In this document: positions 47,215 to 57,394 of the stretch, piece by piece | Position numbering within the stretch: the stretch's first letter is position 1 | How the letters are laid out: each line of letters starts with the position of its first letter | Assembly (NCBI GenBank): GCA_045654685.1 | Contig: JAZONV010000088.1 | Location: 585 to 64,584 of the forward strand | Reading direction: 5' to 3' | DNA from: Clostridia bacterium | GTDB lineage: Bacteria; Bacillota; Clostridia; UMGS1810 | Length of the DNA: 64,000 nt | Made by a program: the position numbers and the translations under genes | The notes under the pieces: generated by a model | What the model was told of the DNA's origin: nothing | Database searches by the model: none | Seen by the model: only the letters and a program-made list of their open reading frames with translations

Positions 47215-49877
47215 TGACGAAAAAACTCATAGCGTTGGTTTTGAGTGTTTTTGTGGCTTTTTCATCTTGTGCAATGACAGTATTTGGTGAAGAAGCTTCA
47301 GATACTCAAACCACAGTTTCTGCAGATGTTGAATTTGCAAAAGCCTTAGGGATTTTCGCAGATGATGTTGTCCCTGAAGAAACAGTAAAGAGAATAGATC
47401 TTGCAAAATGTATTCTGAACATAATTTTAAAAGGAACAGAACTTTCAACAGAAGACGGAAGCCTTCTTTTTGATGATGTAGAATATGATGATTCAGGATA
47501 TGCAGATGCCATTTCAAAGGCCGGCATAATGGGCGGAGTCGGCAACAGACAGTTTGCTCCCGGCGATAGTGTTACATATTCTCAGGTTTTGAAAGTTTTT
47601 GTATCCTTCCTTGGCTATGATGTGAAAGCACAGGGGCTTGGCGGATATCCGTCAGGATATATGGCAGTTGCAACACAGCTTGGCATAACTGACAAATATG
47701 CCCCCTACGGTGACAGCTTTGTAACATGGGAAAGTTTGGCTTCAATGTTTAAACGTTCTCTGGGAGTTCCGCTTTTCCAGGTAGTGTCCTACAAGGATTC
47801 CACATTTATCTACAATCCCAATCTTGAAAAAGACTATTTGAGAGAATATTTCGGAATACAAAGATATTCCGATGTCATAAACGGAGTGTACGGAACCAAT
47901 GTTATCGGATATGCAGATGTTGAGTATGATGAAATTCTTCTCGGAACAACAGTTTTCAGATTCAACACAGATGTGTTTGATTTGTCTGAAAAACTCGGAT
48001 ACAAAATAGAAGCATATTATGCTGATAACGGCGACCATAATGAAATTTTATATTATGATGAATATGACAATGGTGTAATTTCCCTGGACGGCAGAGAAGT
48101 TGAAGGATTCGAAGGCGGAATCCTCTACTACAACGGCAAAAAGGAAAAGAAATTAAAAATCAATACCGAAACCAACATCATATATAATGGTAAAAACTGT
48201 TCCACCTATGATGAGGACATATTCAGCGTATGGAATCTTTCTTCAATGGACGGTTCATTAAAGGCAATTGACAACAATTCCGACGGAACATATGATTTTA
48301 TTATTCTCGATGCCTACGAATCCTATGTTGTGGGTTCAATAATCGGTGATACAATCGTCCCGAAATACAGAACAGGTTCATATGTTGACATTTCTTCATA
48401 TGTTGAGGGTGAAAACCTTCTTTTCTACAACCTTAAAGGCAAACCAATCAGTATTGAAAAGGTTGTCAAAGGATGCATCATAAGCGTAAGTCACGACATT
48501 GACGGAAATGTGTCCAAAATTATTGTAACAACAGACTCCTACACGGGAGAGATAGACGAAATTGAAGTTGAAAACGGAAGATATTATTTGACAGTTGACG
48601 GAACAAGATATACACCATCCGAAGTTTTGAAACTCAATCCCCAGATTAAAACTTTGAGAGCAGGACAGAAAGTCACCATGATGTTCAACAAGGGCGGTCT
48701 TCTTTCCGATGTTGATGCTCTCGCTTTCCAGATTATTGAAACCGCATATCTTTATGCGGCGAAAAAAGGAAAAGGTCTTGATGCTCAAAACAGCGCAACC
48801 ATCAGAGCGTTCTCCTCGGGCGGATTTTTCCAGAACTATGATCTTGCAGAGCATGTTGAAGTTGTATGGGGCTCGGAAACAGATGTTAAAAAACCTCATG
48901 AAGTTCTTGCAATTTTAGGAAAAACAAATGAGACCGACGTTACAAGACAGGTTATTAATTTCAAGAAAAACGATGAAGGAAAAATAAACTGGATAAACAT
49001 TGCAAGTGACAATGAAAGAAACATAGACGGTCTCTACAGATACGACCTTGATGCCATGGGAATGACAGGTTCAAAAAATTATCTCGGAAACGGATTTGAA
49101 GGCAAACTTTTAGTTAGCGGAACTTCTGTTTTCTCTGTTCCCACAGAAGCCAACAGATACGATGAAGATGTATACTTTGTCGGAAGTCTTACAAACAACA
49201 AAAACTTTACTTTGAGTGAAGCCTATGGTGATGAAAAAAATGGCAACGTTGCTCATTCCATCGTAATTTTGAATGACAAATCCGGAACATTTAAAAATTC
49301 GCCCGGATATATGATTGTTGAGTCAGTTACAAATGCCGTAGATTATGACAGCACACCTTCTGTTAAGATTACAGGCTACATTGCAGGTGCTCAAAAAGAG
49401 TATTTCGGTGACGAAAATGTTCTTAAAAGCGTGACAGGTTCCAATCCCGAAAAAGGCGACCTTATAAAATTCACACTTGACAGAGAAGGACGCATATCCG
49501 AACTTTCTGAATTTGTTTTTGACTCTTCCGAAAGATTTTCAGGAGACATTGCAAAGATGATTCCCACAAAAAAGACAAACCCAAGTCACACCTCTTTTAA
49601 TGTAACAGAAAGATATGTGTTTGGAAAAATCATCAGGTCAAATGATGAAAGTTTTGTTCTCGAAGTGAACAATGGCACCACAATCACAAATGAGTCATAT
49701 TTGAAAGCTGCATCCTACAGATATTACACCTATGAAGACATCGGCTCAAAAGGCGGTCTTTTGCAAAAGGCAAAAAATGAAGCAGTATATGCTTTCCCCG
49801 AAGGTTCACCAAAAGCAAATTATGCAGTAGTATTTGTTAACTATGGTGTTCCCACCGATATAATAGTGTACAGATAA
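47214..49877 (+). CDS. Large secreted protein with N-terminal SLH-like repeats and a long beta-rich region of unknown function
   Basis: TGATG stop/start overlap with the upstream gene. Signal peptide. FDDVEYDDSGYADAISKAGIMGGVGNRQFAPGDSVTYSQVLKVFVSFLG is SLH-like. Confidence 0.7.
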   Translation: MTKKLIALVLSVFVAFSSCAMTVFGEEASDTQTTVSADVEFAKALGIFADDVVPEETVKRIDLAKCILNIILKGTELSTEDGSLLFDDVEYDDSGYADAISKAGIMGGVGNRQFAPGDSVTYSQVLKVFVSFLGYDVKAQGLGGYPSGYMAVATQLGITDKYAPYGDSFVTWESLASMFKRSLGVPLFQVVSYKDSTFIYNPNLEKDYLREYFGIQRYSDVINGVYGTNVIGYADVEYDEILLGTTVFRFNTDVFDLSEKLGYKIEAYYADNGDHNEILYYDEYDNGVISLDGREVEGFEGGILYYNGKKEKKLKINTETNIIYNGKNCSTYDEDIFSVWNLSSMDGSLKAIDNNSDGTYDFIILDAYESYVVGSIIGDTIVPKYRTGSYVDISSYVEGENLLFYNLKGKPISIEKVVKGCIISVSHDIDGNVSKIIVTTDSYTGEIDEIEVENGRYYLTVDGTRYTPSEVLKLNPQIKTLRAGQKVTMMFNKGGLLSDVDALAFQIIETAYLYAAKKGKGLDAQNSATIRAFSSGGFFQNYDLAEHVEVVWGSETDVKKPHEVLAILGKTNETDVTRQVINFKKNDEGKINWINIASDNERNIDGLYRYDLDAMGMTGSKNYLGNGFEGKLLVSGTSVFSVPTEANRYDEDVYFVGSLTNNKNFTLSEAYGDEKNGNVAHSIVILNDKSGTFKNSPGYMIVESVTNAVDYDSTPSVKITGYIAGAQKEYFGDENVLKSVTGSNPEKGDLIKFTLDREGRISELSEFVFDSSERFSGDIAKMIPTKKTNPSHTSFNVTERYVFGKIIRSNDESFVLEVNNGTTITNESYLKAASYRYYTYEDIGSKGGLLQKAKNEAVYAFPEGSPKANYAVVFVNYGVPTDIIVYR

Positions 49878-49891
49878 GGAGGTTAAGATAT

Positions 49892-52800
49892 ATGAAAAAA
49901 ATTATAAGTATAATTCTTGCATCGCTTCTTCTTTTTTCAAGTGCAAGTGCGGCAGTACGCCCCATAAAATTTTATGATTTGGTTTCAAATGAAAATCTTA
50001 TCTTCCCTGAAAAAGTAATTCCTGTTCTGACAGACGGTAACATTGTTATTGAAGCAGAAGACATGGACTATAAAGACCAGGCAAAAGTTGTTCCCAATGA
50101 AAAAGCATCCGGCGGATACGGAATCACTTGTCAGAATGCAACTTTTACAAGTGATGTGGCATTGGTTGATAATGTTACAATGGGATTCAAAGTGGAAATT
50201 CCTGTGTGGGAAATCGGAACATATCATTTGTGGCTTCGTATTTATACCCCCAATTCAAGTTCCACATCCTTTTTTGAATCCTACACAGGCTCATCAGCAT
50301 ATAAAGCAAGATGGCTTACCGTAAAACCTGATTTTTATTGGGTAAAAATCGGAGCGATAAATATGTCTGACGGTATTTTTGAATATAATATAAAATACAG
50401 AGACGTTGGCTTTACTCTTGATAAATTCATCATAACAAACGATAAAAATTTTAATCCTGTCGGAAAAGATGATTTGCCCGACTCAATGCTTGGCATTGAG
50501 AAAGAGCCGATAGCTCCGCCTCCACCGTTTACACCTCCTGCAGGTGTTCACCCCAGAGTAATGGTTCAGGAAAAGGATCTTCCCCAAATCAAGGAAAATG
50601 TGAAGAGCGCTCTCCTTGCTCCCATGTATTCCCAGGTTAAGCAAAGAGCCTTCCTTGAAATGGATTGCCATATGCCCAACAAAGGAATTGCAAATAACGT
50701 GTCTTTGGCACATGTTTTCAATATCCAATGCAGAGCCTTCATATATCTTATGGGTGAAGCGGACAAAGCCCATGCAAGACAAACAGTTCAGTATATGAGA
50801 GATATGTATGACACTCTCATTTGGGACAGAACTGTCGGCGATATCACCCGTCAGATGGGTACAGTTCTTGCAGTAAGCGGATGTGTATATGACTGGTGTT
50901 TTGATGTTTTAACAGACGAAGATAAAGATTATTTCATCAAAAGAATGAAACGTCTTGCATCAATGATGGAAATCGGCTATCCTGCATCTATGCATGAAAC
51001 CTTTGCAGGACACGGTGGTGAAGGTGAACTTTTCTACTTCCAGTCCACAGCCGGAATTGCTATCTATGATGAAGACCCCCAGATGTATAATGCTGCTGCA
51101 GGTGTTCTCTATGAGCACATGTTCCGGACAAGAGAATATTTCAACCATTCAGGTCATCACCCTGCAGGTACTGCATACGGTCCTGTCAGAGCCACATGGG
51201 AAATCATCGGTCAGCTTGTGTTTGAAAGACTTGGTGACCCCAATGTAATGGGAAATGAAACAGACAAAATTCCTTACAGTTTCATAAACTTCAGACAGCC
51301 AAACGGTCTTTTCATAGAAGATGGTGACACATGGATTGCCGTAAATCCCACCACAGGGCCCACATATTCAGCAAACGACCTTCCTATGATGGTATATTCA
51401 ATGCACTTTGGCAACCCCTATGTAAATGGTGAAGCAGTAAAACAGCTTTCTCTCAGAAACTATTCTGCAGGCTCATCACTTTATGATAATGGTGTTCTTG
51501 CCCTTCTCTTTGTAGACCCCAATGTTGGCTACACCTATCCCGATGATTACGGCAAGGAAATGCCCCTCACTCACTTCACAGAATACCCAATCACCACAAT
51601 GACATCAAGAACTTCATGGAGATCAGGTATTGACGGTGAAACTGCAGTTGTGTTTGTAAACGGTCAGGAAAAACTTGTTGGTGACCATGACCATGAGCAC
51701 TCCGATATCGGCGGATTCTCCATCTACTATAAAGGTCTTCTCACATCAGGTGGCGGAACCTATGCAGGTGAAAACGGCGGATGGGGTATAAAACACTACT
51801 ACAACTACTACAGAAGAACGGTTTCCAAAAACTGTCTCACAATATATGATCCCGATGAAACATTCGGAATTACGGGATATCCCATAAAGTATGACCTTGC
51901 AAATGACGGCGGTCAGAGATTTGAAGAAAACACAGACACTTTGCCTGAATTCCTTGAACACGCAGACCATGCAAAAACTGTCGGAACCTATGCAGGCCCC
52001 AACAGACAAACTCCGGAGTTTTCATATCTCAAAACCGACCTTACAGATGCATATTCCGATAAAATCACAGGCTACACCCGTTCAACTGTCAGCCTGAACC
52101 TTTTCAACACAGATTATCCTCTTGTATTCATTTGCTATGATAACGTGTCATCTGCAAAATCCACATTCAAAAAGACATGGAATCTTCAGTCAATTGAAAC
52201 AGAGCCTGTAACAGTTAACAACGTGACAACAATCACAAGAAACAGTTATGGCTACACAGGAAAACTTGTTGTAAACACTCTCATTCCCGAAGGTCAGAAC
52301 GCAGTATTTGAAAATGTGGGCGGTGACGGAAAAGAAAGTTTGTCAGGCGGTGCAAATCATCCCAACCCCGACAAAGCAGGAGCAGACCACGAACAGGGCA
52401 AATGGAGACTTGAACTTTCACCAAGAAAGAACTCAAAGGATGACATTTTCTTAAATGCAATGTTTGTAACAGACAGAACGAAAAATCTTCCCGACCTTCC
52501 AATGACAAAGATTGAAACACTCGATTTTGTGGGAGTGTCTGTTATGGACAGACTTGTTCTTTTCTCAAAGAAAAGAGATGCAGTTTCCACCTCTTTCAAC
52601 ATAACAGTTCCAACTTCCGAATATAGCGAAATCTGCACTCTCATAACAGATGTAGCCCCCGGAAAATGGCAGGTTACAGGTGCAAACGGCTCATTTGTAA
52701 CAGAAGTTAAGGCGGAAGAAAAAGCTCTCTATGCCCGACTCAAAGCAGGGGACTATTCTTTCACAAAAGTGGATGATTCCACAGAAGCTGTAAAAATTGA

Positions 52801-53611
52801 CTACCCCAGAGACGAAAGAGTACTTCGTACAGGTGATGTTTTGGTATATGACCAGACAGGCAAACGTTTTGCCTACACTCATCAGCCAACAGTTTTGAAA
52901 GATGGTCAGCCATATCTTTCCGAAGATGATTTCAGACAATATGGCGTTGATGTTGCAGTAAGCGGAAATCAGATTATCCTCACAAGAGCTAATCACCGCA
53001 CAACCATGACAATGGGTGATACATATGCGGTATCAAATGATGTCGGCATAAATCTCACATCTGCACCTTTCGTAGGGGAAAACGGTCAGGTATATATCAA
53101 TCCTCTTGACCACAAGAAAATTCTTAATGCAAATATGTATTTTGATTCATATTCAAGAATTCTGAGAACCTTGAAACTGGCTGAAAAAGGCAGCTCCGAG
53201 ATGTTAAACGGCGTTGTTGATACAAACAAAGTAGTTGAGCCAATTTACTATGAAGCATCAGGCACAGACGGAAATGACGTTTCAGGAGCCTTTGACTATA
53301 ACTACAAAACAAGATGGTCATCAGAAGGTGTATCTGAATATATCATCATTGACTATGGTACAAAGATAGATTTTGACAAGCTTATGATTGCATTCCTTGA
53401 AGGTGATCTCAGAAGAGAAAAATTTGAAATCTTAGTATCCGATGACGGAATTGAATTCAAAGAAGTGTTCAAAGGTGAGTCAAGCGGTGCTACTGCCGAG
53501 CTTGAGCCTTTCCTTGTTAACGCATCGGGAAGATATGTCAAAGTATACTGCCACGGAAACAATCTTAATAAATGGAACTCAATACTTGAAATTGTAGCAC
53601 TTGAAAAATAA
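49892..53611 (+). CDS. Heparinase II/III-like (DUF4962-type) putative polysaccharide lyase with an N-terminal CBM-like module and a C-terminal discoidin (F5/8 type C)-like module
   Basis: Starts 14 nt after the upstream stop. IVIEAEDMDY..GYGITC..LDKFIITND (CBM-like); PPAGVHPRVMV..; HGGEGELFYF; GDHDHEHSDIGGFSIYYKG (heparinase II/III-like); C-terminal ..YNYKTRWSSEG..YVKVYCHGNNLNKWNSILEI. Confidence 0.65.
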   Translation: MKKIISIILASLLLFSSASAAVRPIKFYDLVSNENLIFPEKVIPVLTDGNIVIEAEDMDYKDQAKVVPNEKASGGYGITCQNATFTSDVALVDNVTMGFKVEIPVWEIGTYHLWLRIYTPNSSSTSFFESYTGSSAYKARWLTVKPDFYWVKIGAINMSDGIFEYNIKYRDVGFTLDKFIITNDKNFNPVGKDDLPDSMLGIEKEPIAPPPPFTPPAGVHPRVMVQEKDLPQIKENVKSALLAPMYSQVKQRAFLEMDCHMPNKGIANNVSLAHVFNIQCRAFIYLMGEADKAHARQTVQYMRDMYDTLIWDRTVGDITRQMGTVLAVSGCVYDWCFDVLTDEDKDYFIKRMKRLASMMEIGYPASMHETFAGHGGEGELFYFQSTAGIAIYDEDPQMYNAAAGVLYEHMFRTREYFNHSGHHPAGTAYGPVRATWEIIGQLVFERLGDPNVMGNETDKIPYSFINFRQPNGLFIEDGDTWIAVNPTTGPTYSANDLPMMVYSMHFGNPYVNGEAVKQLSLRNYSAGSSLYDNGVLALLFVDPNVGYTYPDDYGKEMPLTHFTEYPITTMTSRTSWRSGIDGETAVVFVNGQEKLVGDHDHEHSDIGGFSIYYKGLLTSGGGTYAGENGGWGIKHYYNYYRRTVSKNCLTIYDPDETFGITGYPIKYDLANDGGQRFEENTDTLPEFLEHADHAKTVGTYAGPNRQTPEFSYLKTDLTDAYSDKITGYTRSTVSLNLFNTDYPLVFICYDNVSSAKSTFKKTWNLQSIETEPVTVNNVTTITRNSYGYTGKLVVNTLIPEGQNAVFENVGGDGKESLSGGANHPNPDKAGADHEQGKWRLELSPRKNSKDDIFLNAMFVTDRTKNLPDLPMTKIETLDFVGVSVMDRLVLFSKKRDAVSTSFNITVPTSEYSEICTLITDVAPGKWQVTGANGSFVTEVKAEEKALYARLKAGDYSFTKVDDSTEAVKIDYPRDERVLRTGDVLVYDQTGKRFAYTHQPTVLKDGQPYLSEDDFRQYGVDVAVSGNQIILTRANHRTTMTMGDTYAVSNDVGINLTSAPFVGENGQVYINPLDHKKILNANMYFDSYSRILRTLKLAEKGSSEMLNGVVDTNKVVEPIYYEASGTDGNDVSGAFDYNYKTRWSSEGVSEYIIIDYGTKIDFDKLMIAFLEGDLRREKFEILVSDDGIEFKEVFKGESSGATAELEPFLVNASGRYVKVYCHGNNLNKWNSILEIVALEK

Positions 53612-53700
53612 AAAGAGTTCTGTCATCTGTTATAAGAAAATATCGGAAGGGGAGAACACCTTCCCTTCCGAAGCCCTAAAAAACGAAAAGGGAGATATGT

Positions 53701-55371
53701 ATGAAAACAATACTTAAAGTATCAATCCTAACATTATTAATGATGTTACTCATCTGTCCCGCTTCCCTTGCATCCTCGCCTGTCACATTGGAAACTGCAG
53801 TATCCTATGCACCCGAAGGCTATGCAGCCATGGTCTATGCAAGCGATGAAACCGGGACGGCAACAAGCTATGTCTACACAGTAAACGGTGTAGATTCTGA
53901 ACAAACTGAAGAAACTTCCTTCAAGGCATCCGTAGTATTTGGCATAAACGAAATTTATGTCACCGCCTACGATGCTGACGGCGATGTGATTGGTGTTTCT
54001 GACACCATAGAAATTATCGGTAATGAATATGCTTCTATTCAGACACACAAACTTTTTGATGTTGATGTTGTATCCCCCACATTCAGAACCAATCAGGGAA
54101 CCCAGGGTGATGTCAGCACCGTTGTATCTGAAGCATTCGACCTTTCGGGAAGCTCTGATCCCGAAAACGCATCTCACGGAAAGGTAATTCATCTTAAGTC
54201 CGAGAACCCCGTTAATGTGGGCGGTGCGAGAAATGCCGACATTAGCTACTATAACGAACGTAAAACTTTTGACGCAGTGTATAAAAGCGGAAAAAATACA
54301 ATGATGTATGATATGGATATTATGCCCATCAGCGTTGATAAGGACAGTAAGATTCTGACTGTTCGTTATAATAATGATAGCGCCAGCACATATCCTTTCA
54401 TCTTCAAGACCGACGGAACCGTTCAGGTTGCAACATCAGTTGACTCTACTTATGTTTCAGACACTATTGTTCCCGTGTTTGATGCACCACTTGAAAAATG
54501 GATTAACATGCAGATTATAATGGATGGTGTGTGCGAGCAGATAATTCTCATTGCAGACGGTGTTGTATATTCTTCCTTCGGGTTTGACACAGCATCAAAA
54601 GAAAATCTTAAATTGAATCTTGAAAAGACCTGTCAGATGTCCTACATAATGTTTGCCGTTGAAGCAGGCGGTATGGGTGGAGAAGGAAAATGCAACGAAT
54701 TCTATGTTGATAACTTCGCCTACAAATCAACCAATCACCTCATCAGATATGAATTTCACTCATCTGCACAAAAAGGTGATGACTCATATGAACTAAACGC
54801 TTTCCCACTTGATGGTGCAAGTGTTGTCATCGAATTTTCACAGGATATGGAAGAAATTCTGAAAGAAGATGTTATCTTCAAGGTTAATGGTGAGGAAAAA
54901 GATTTTGACTTTTCCTTTGATGAGGGAATGGATGTTATAATCATCACACCCATCGGTGAATTTTTGGGAAGAGAAAACTGTATAGTTTCATTCCCCAAGG
55001 CAAGAACCGCTCTTGGAGCAATGGCATCAGGCGATGATTTTGTTGAATTCACCGTTGATTTTCCGCCTTGTGCAATCACAAAATGTGAAACAGATTCTGT
55101 TGTACCCGGTGAATATGCAACCTTTGATGTTGAAGTGAGAAATCTTCTCTCTGATGATAAGGACGGAATCATCATTGTGGGTCTGTACAAAGACGGCGGT
55201 CTTAAGAGAGTCGGCACAACACCTGCATACTGCAACGGTGAGGATGAAAAGTCCGGTCAGGTGTCTGTAATGATTCCCGAAGACTACAATGAAGAAGATT
55301 ATGACATGATTGCATATTATGTCTATCAGAATTCTCTCTACATTATAGATTTCATAGAAGTTGAAGCGTAA
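53701..55371 (+). CDS. Secreted protein of unknown function (beta-rich, possibly LamG/Ig-like modules)
   Basis: Signal peptide MKTILKVSILTLLMMLLICPASLA. No catalytic motif recognised. Confidence 0.65.
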   Translation: MKTILKVSILTLLMMLLICPASLASSPVTLETAVSYAPEGYAAMVYASDETGTATSYVYTVNGVDSEQTEETSFKASVVFGINEIYVTAYDADGDVIGVSDTIEIIGNEYASIQTHKLFDVDVVSPTFRTNQGTQGDVSTVVSEAFDLSGSSDPENASHGKVIHLKSENPVNVGGARNADISYYNERKTFDAVYKSGKNTMMYDMDIMPISVDKDSKILTVRYNNDSASTYPFIFKTDGTVQVATSVDSTYVSDTIVPVFDAPLEKWINMQIIMDGVCEQIILIADGVVYSSFGFDTASKENLKLNLEKTCQMSYIMFAVEAGGMGGEGKCNEFYVDNFAYKSTNHLIRYEFHSSAQKGDDSYELNAFPLDGASVVIEFSQDMEEILKEDVIFKVNGEEKDFDFSFDEGMDVIIITPIGEFLGRENCIVSFPKARTALGAMASGDDFVEFTVDFPPCAITKCETDSVVPGEYATFDVEVRNLLSDDKDGIIIVGLYKDGGLKRVGTTPAYCNGEDEKSGQVSVMIPEDYNEEDYDMIAYYVYQNSLYIIDFIEVEA

Positions 55372-55385
55372 AAGAAATATTATTG

Positions 55386-55433
55386 ACAATGGAAATATTC
55401 TATAAACACATAGAATATTTCCATTGTTTTTTT
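55386..55433 (+). terminator. Strong intrinsic terminator
   Basis: 18-bp stem acaatggaaatattctat / atagaatatttccattgt followed by a 7-T run. Confidence 0.9.
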
Positions 55434-55723
55434 GGCTCTTTGTCAATAGTTGGGGTCAAAATTGAATAATGGAATTTTGATGGCGGTTGCAGCTATTTAT
55501 GCAGCCGCCTTTCCTATGCCTGATTTTTCTTGAGCTCTATTTGTTGGACACCCCAACATTTATTATAGAGCCTTTACAATTCAAAGTGGAATTTGTACAT
55601 TGACGGACATCTTTATTTATGGTACATTATAATGTATAATAGAATGTAATGTCCGTGTGATATGCCATATCACACAAAGAATAGGACAACAACATTAGGC
55701 ATACACAGGAAAGGAAGGATAAT

Positions 55724-57391
55724 ATGAGAAAAATTTTATCTTTGGTTTTGGTACTCATTTTTACTCTCTCTGTAACCGCTTTTGGAGCAGATGTTGAGAT
55801 TAAAGATGCAGGAAGGGACATCGTAACTGTCAGAGGCAGTATAGGAGAAGAAGGGTTGGTTTCAGTAATGATAATAAACCCCGGCTTCTATGCAGAAGAC
55901 GTCTTACCTCAAAGTAAACAGGCAGTTCAGTTCTACGGAACTGCAAATGAGGGCGCTGACGGTTTTGAAATCGATGTGAGGATGACAGACCCTCACGGAT
56001 ATGAAGGAGGAGAATATACAGTTGTATATTCCAATGGTTCTATCACCAAGACTGAATCCTTTGTGTTCTATTTCTACGGAAAAAAACTTGACACAATTCA
56101 GACCCTTAATGAAGAAGGCATTGACGGACAGGCGCAAGACGCATACAGAGTGTACAGCCTTGACAGCACAGAACTCTATGGTGCAGTTTCTGTATCAAGT
56201 CTCGAACGTGTACTTTCTTCAATGGGCGAATTTGAAGAAAATGTTGATGGTATGTATGCCGCTCTTTTAGATGCACTTCATATTGCAGCATATTCAGAAG
56301 GTGCTGATTTACTCATTGAAGACGGCAGACTTGCCTATGTTGATGTTGTTGGCATAGATGAAGAAGCTACATATTCGGATTATCTTACAAAAATTTCAGA
56401 AACCGGTGTGGGCAAAGTGCATGATGCAGTTCTCGGCGGTGAATATGAAAAAGACGAAGACATAACAAAAGCTTTTTCCGAAGCTGTTGTGCTTAACTAT
56501 ATAACATATCCCAAGTCTCTCGGATTTGGTCATGTTTCGGAAGTTTTTGAAAAATATGCAGAACTTCTTCTTGAAAACGAAATTGATACAGAACTTATGG
56601 ATGATGTTGACAACAAGAACTATGTGTATAAAAAATTTGCCACATCAAGCGACAAGAGTTTTTCAGAACTTAAGAAAACATATGAAAAAGCTCTGAAAGC
56701 AGCTGATAATCAGTATGAATCCTCCGGCGGTGGCGGAGGCGGCGGTGGCGGAAGCTCCTCCGGCACAGTTTCAATTCCTTCAGACGGCCCCGGTCTCCCT
56801 GTAGTATCAGGTCAGGAAAACGGAAGCGGATATCTGGAAAATCCCGAAGTTCCCTTTGAAGATATGGAAAATGCTTCATGGGCACAGGAATCCGTTGCCG
56901 CATTGTATAAAAGAAACATAATTTCCGGAAGATCGGAAAAAGTGTTTGACCCATCAGGCTTGGTTACAAGAGAAGAATTTGCAAAAATGGCGGTTCTTGC
57001 TTTTGCAGGAAAAGCAATTGGTGCACAAAACCCCTTCTCTGATGTGTCAGGATGGTCAGTTCCATATGTGGCAACTGCATTTTCAGAAGGAATCATTCAG
57101 GGTATAAGCGAAACAAGCTTTAACCCCCTTGGAAATATAACCCGTGAGCAGGCGGCAACCATAATTGCAAGAGCAATGATCAATGCCGGCTACACTTTCC
57201 AAAATGAACCCTCCGAGTTTGACGATGATGACTCCATAAGCCCCTGGGCAAAAGACAGCATCGGAGCTCTGGCAGGAGATGAGATAATTAATGGTAGAGA
57301 TGAAGGCCTTTTCTGCCCCGGAGAAAACATGACCCGTGCAGAAGCGGCAAAACTTATCTACACAGCAATGGCAATTGTAGGGAGGGATTAA
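55724..57391 (+). CDS. SLH-anchored surface protein, paralog of 45541..47214
   Basis: Collinear with the paralog: GADVEIKDAGRDIVTVRG.., poly-Gly linker, three SLH repeats. Confidence 0.8.
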   Translation: MRKILSLVLVLIFTLSVTAFGADVEIKDAGRDIVTVRGSIGEEGLVSVMIINPGFYAEDVLPQSKQAVQFYGTANEGADGFEIDVRMTDPHGYEGGEYTVVYSNGSITKTESFVFYFYGKKLDTIQTLNEEGIDGQAQDAYRVYSLDSTELYGAVSVSSLERVLSSMGEFEENVDGMYAALLDALHIAAYSEGADLLIEDGRLAYVDVVGIDEEATYSDYLTKISETGVGKVHDAVLGGEYEKDEDITKAFSEAVVLNYITYPKSLGFGHVSEVFEKYAELLLENEIDTELMDDVDNKNYVYKKFATSSDKSFSELKKTYEKALKAADNQYESSGGGGGGGGGSSSGTVSIPSDGPGLPVVSGQENGSGYLENPEVPFEDMENASWAQESVAALYKRNIISGRSEKVFDPSGLVTREEFAKMAVLAFAGKAIGAQNPFSDVSGWSVPYVATAFSEGIIQGISETSFNPLGNITREQAATIIARAMINAGYTFQNEPSEFDDDDSISPWAKDSIGALAGDEIINGRDEGLFCPGENMTRAEAAKLIYTAMAIVGRD

Positions 57392-57394
57392 TTA

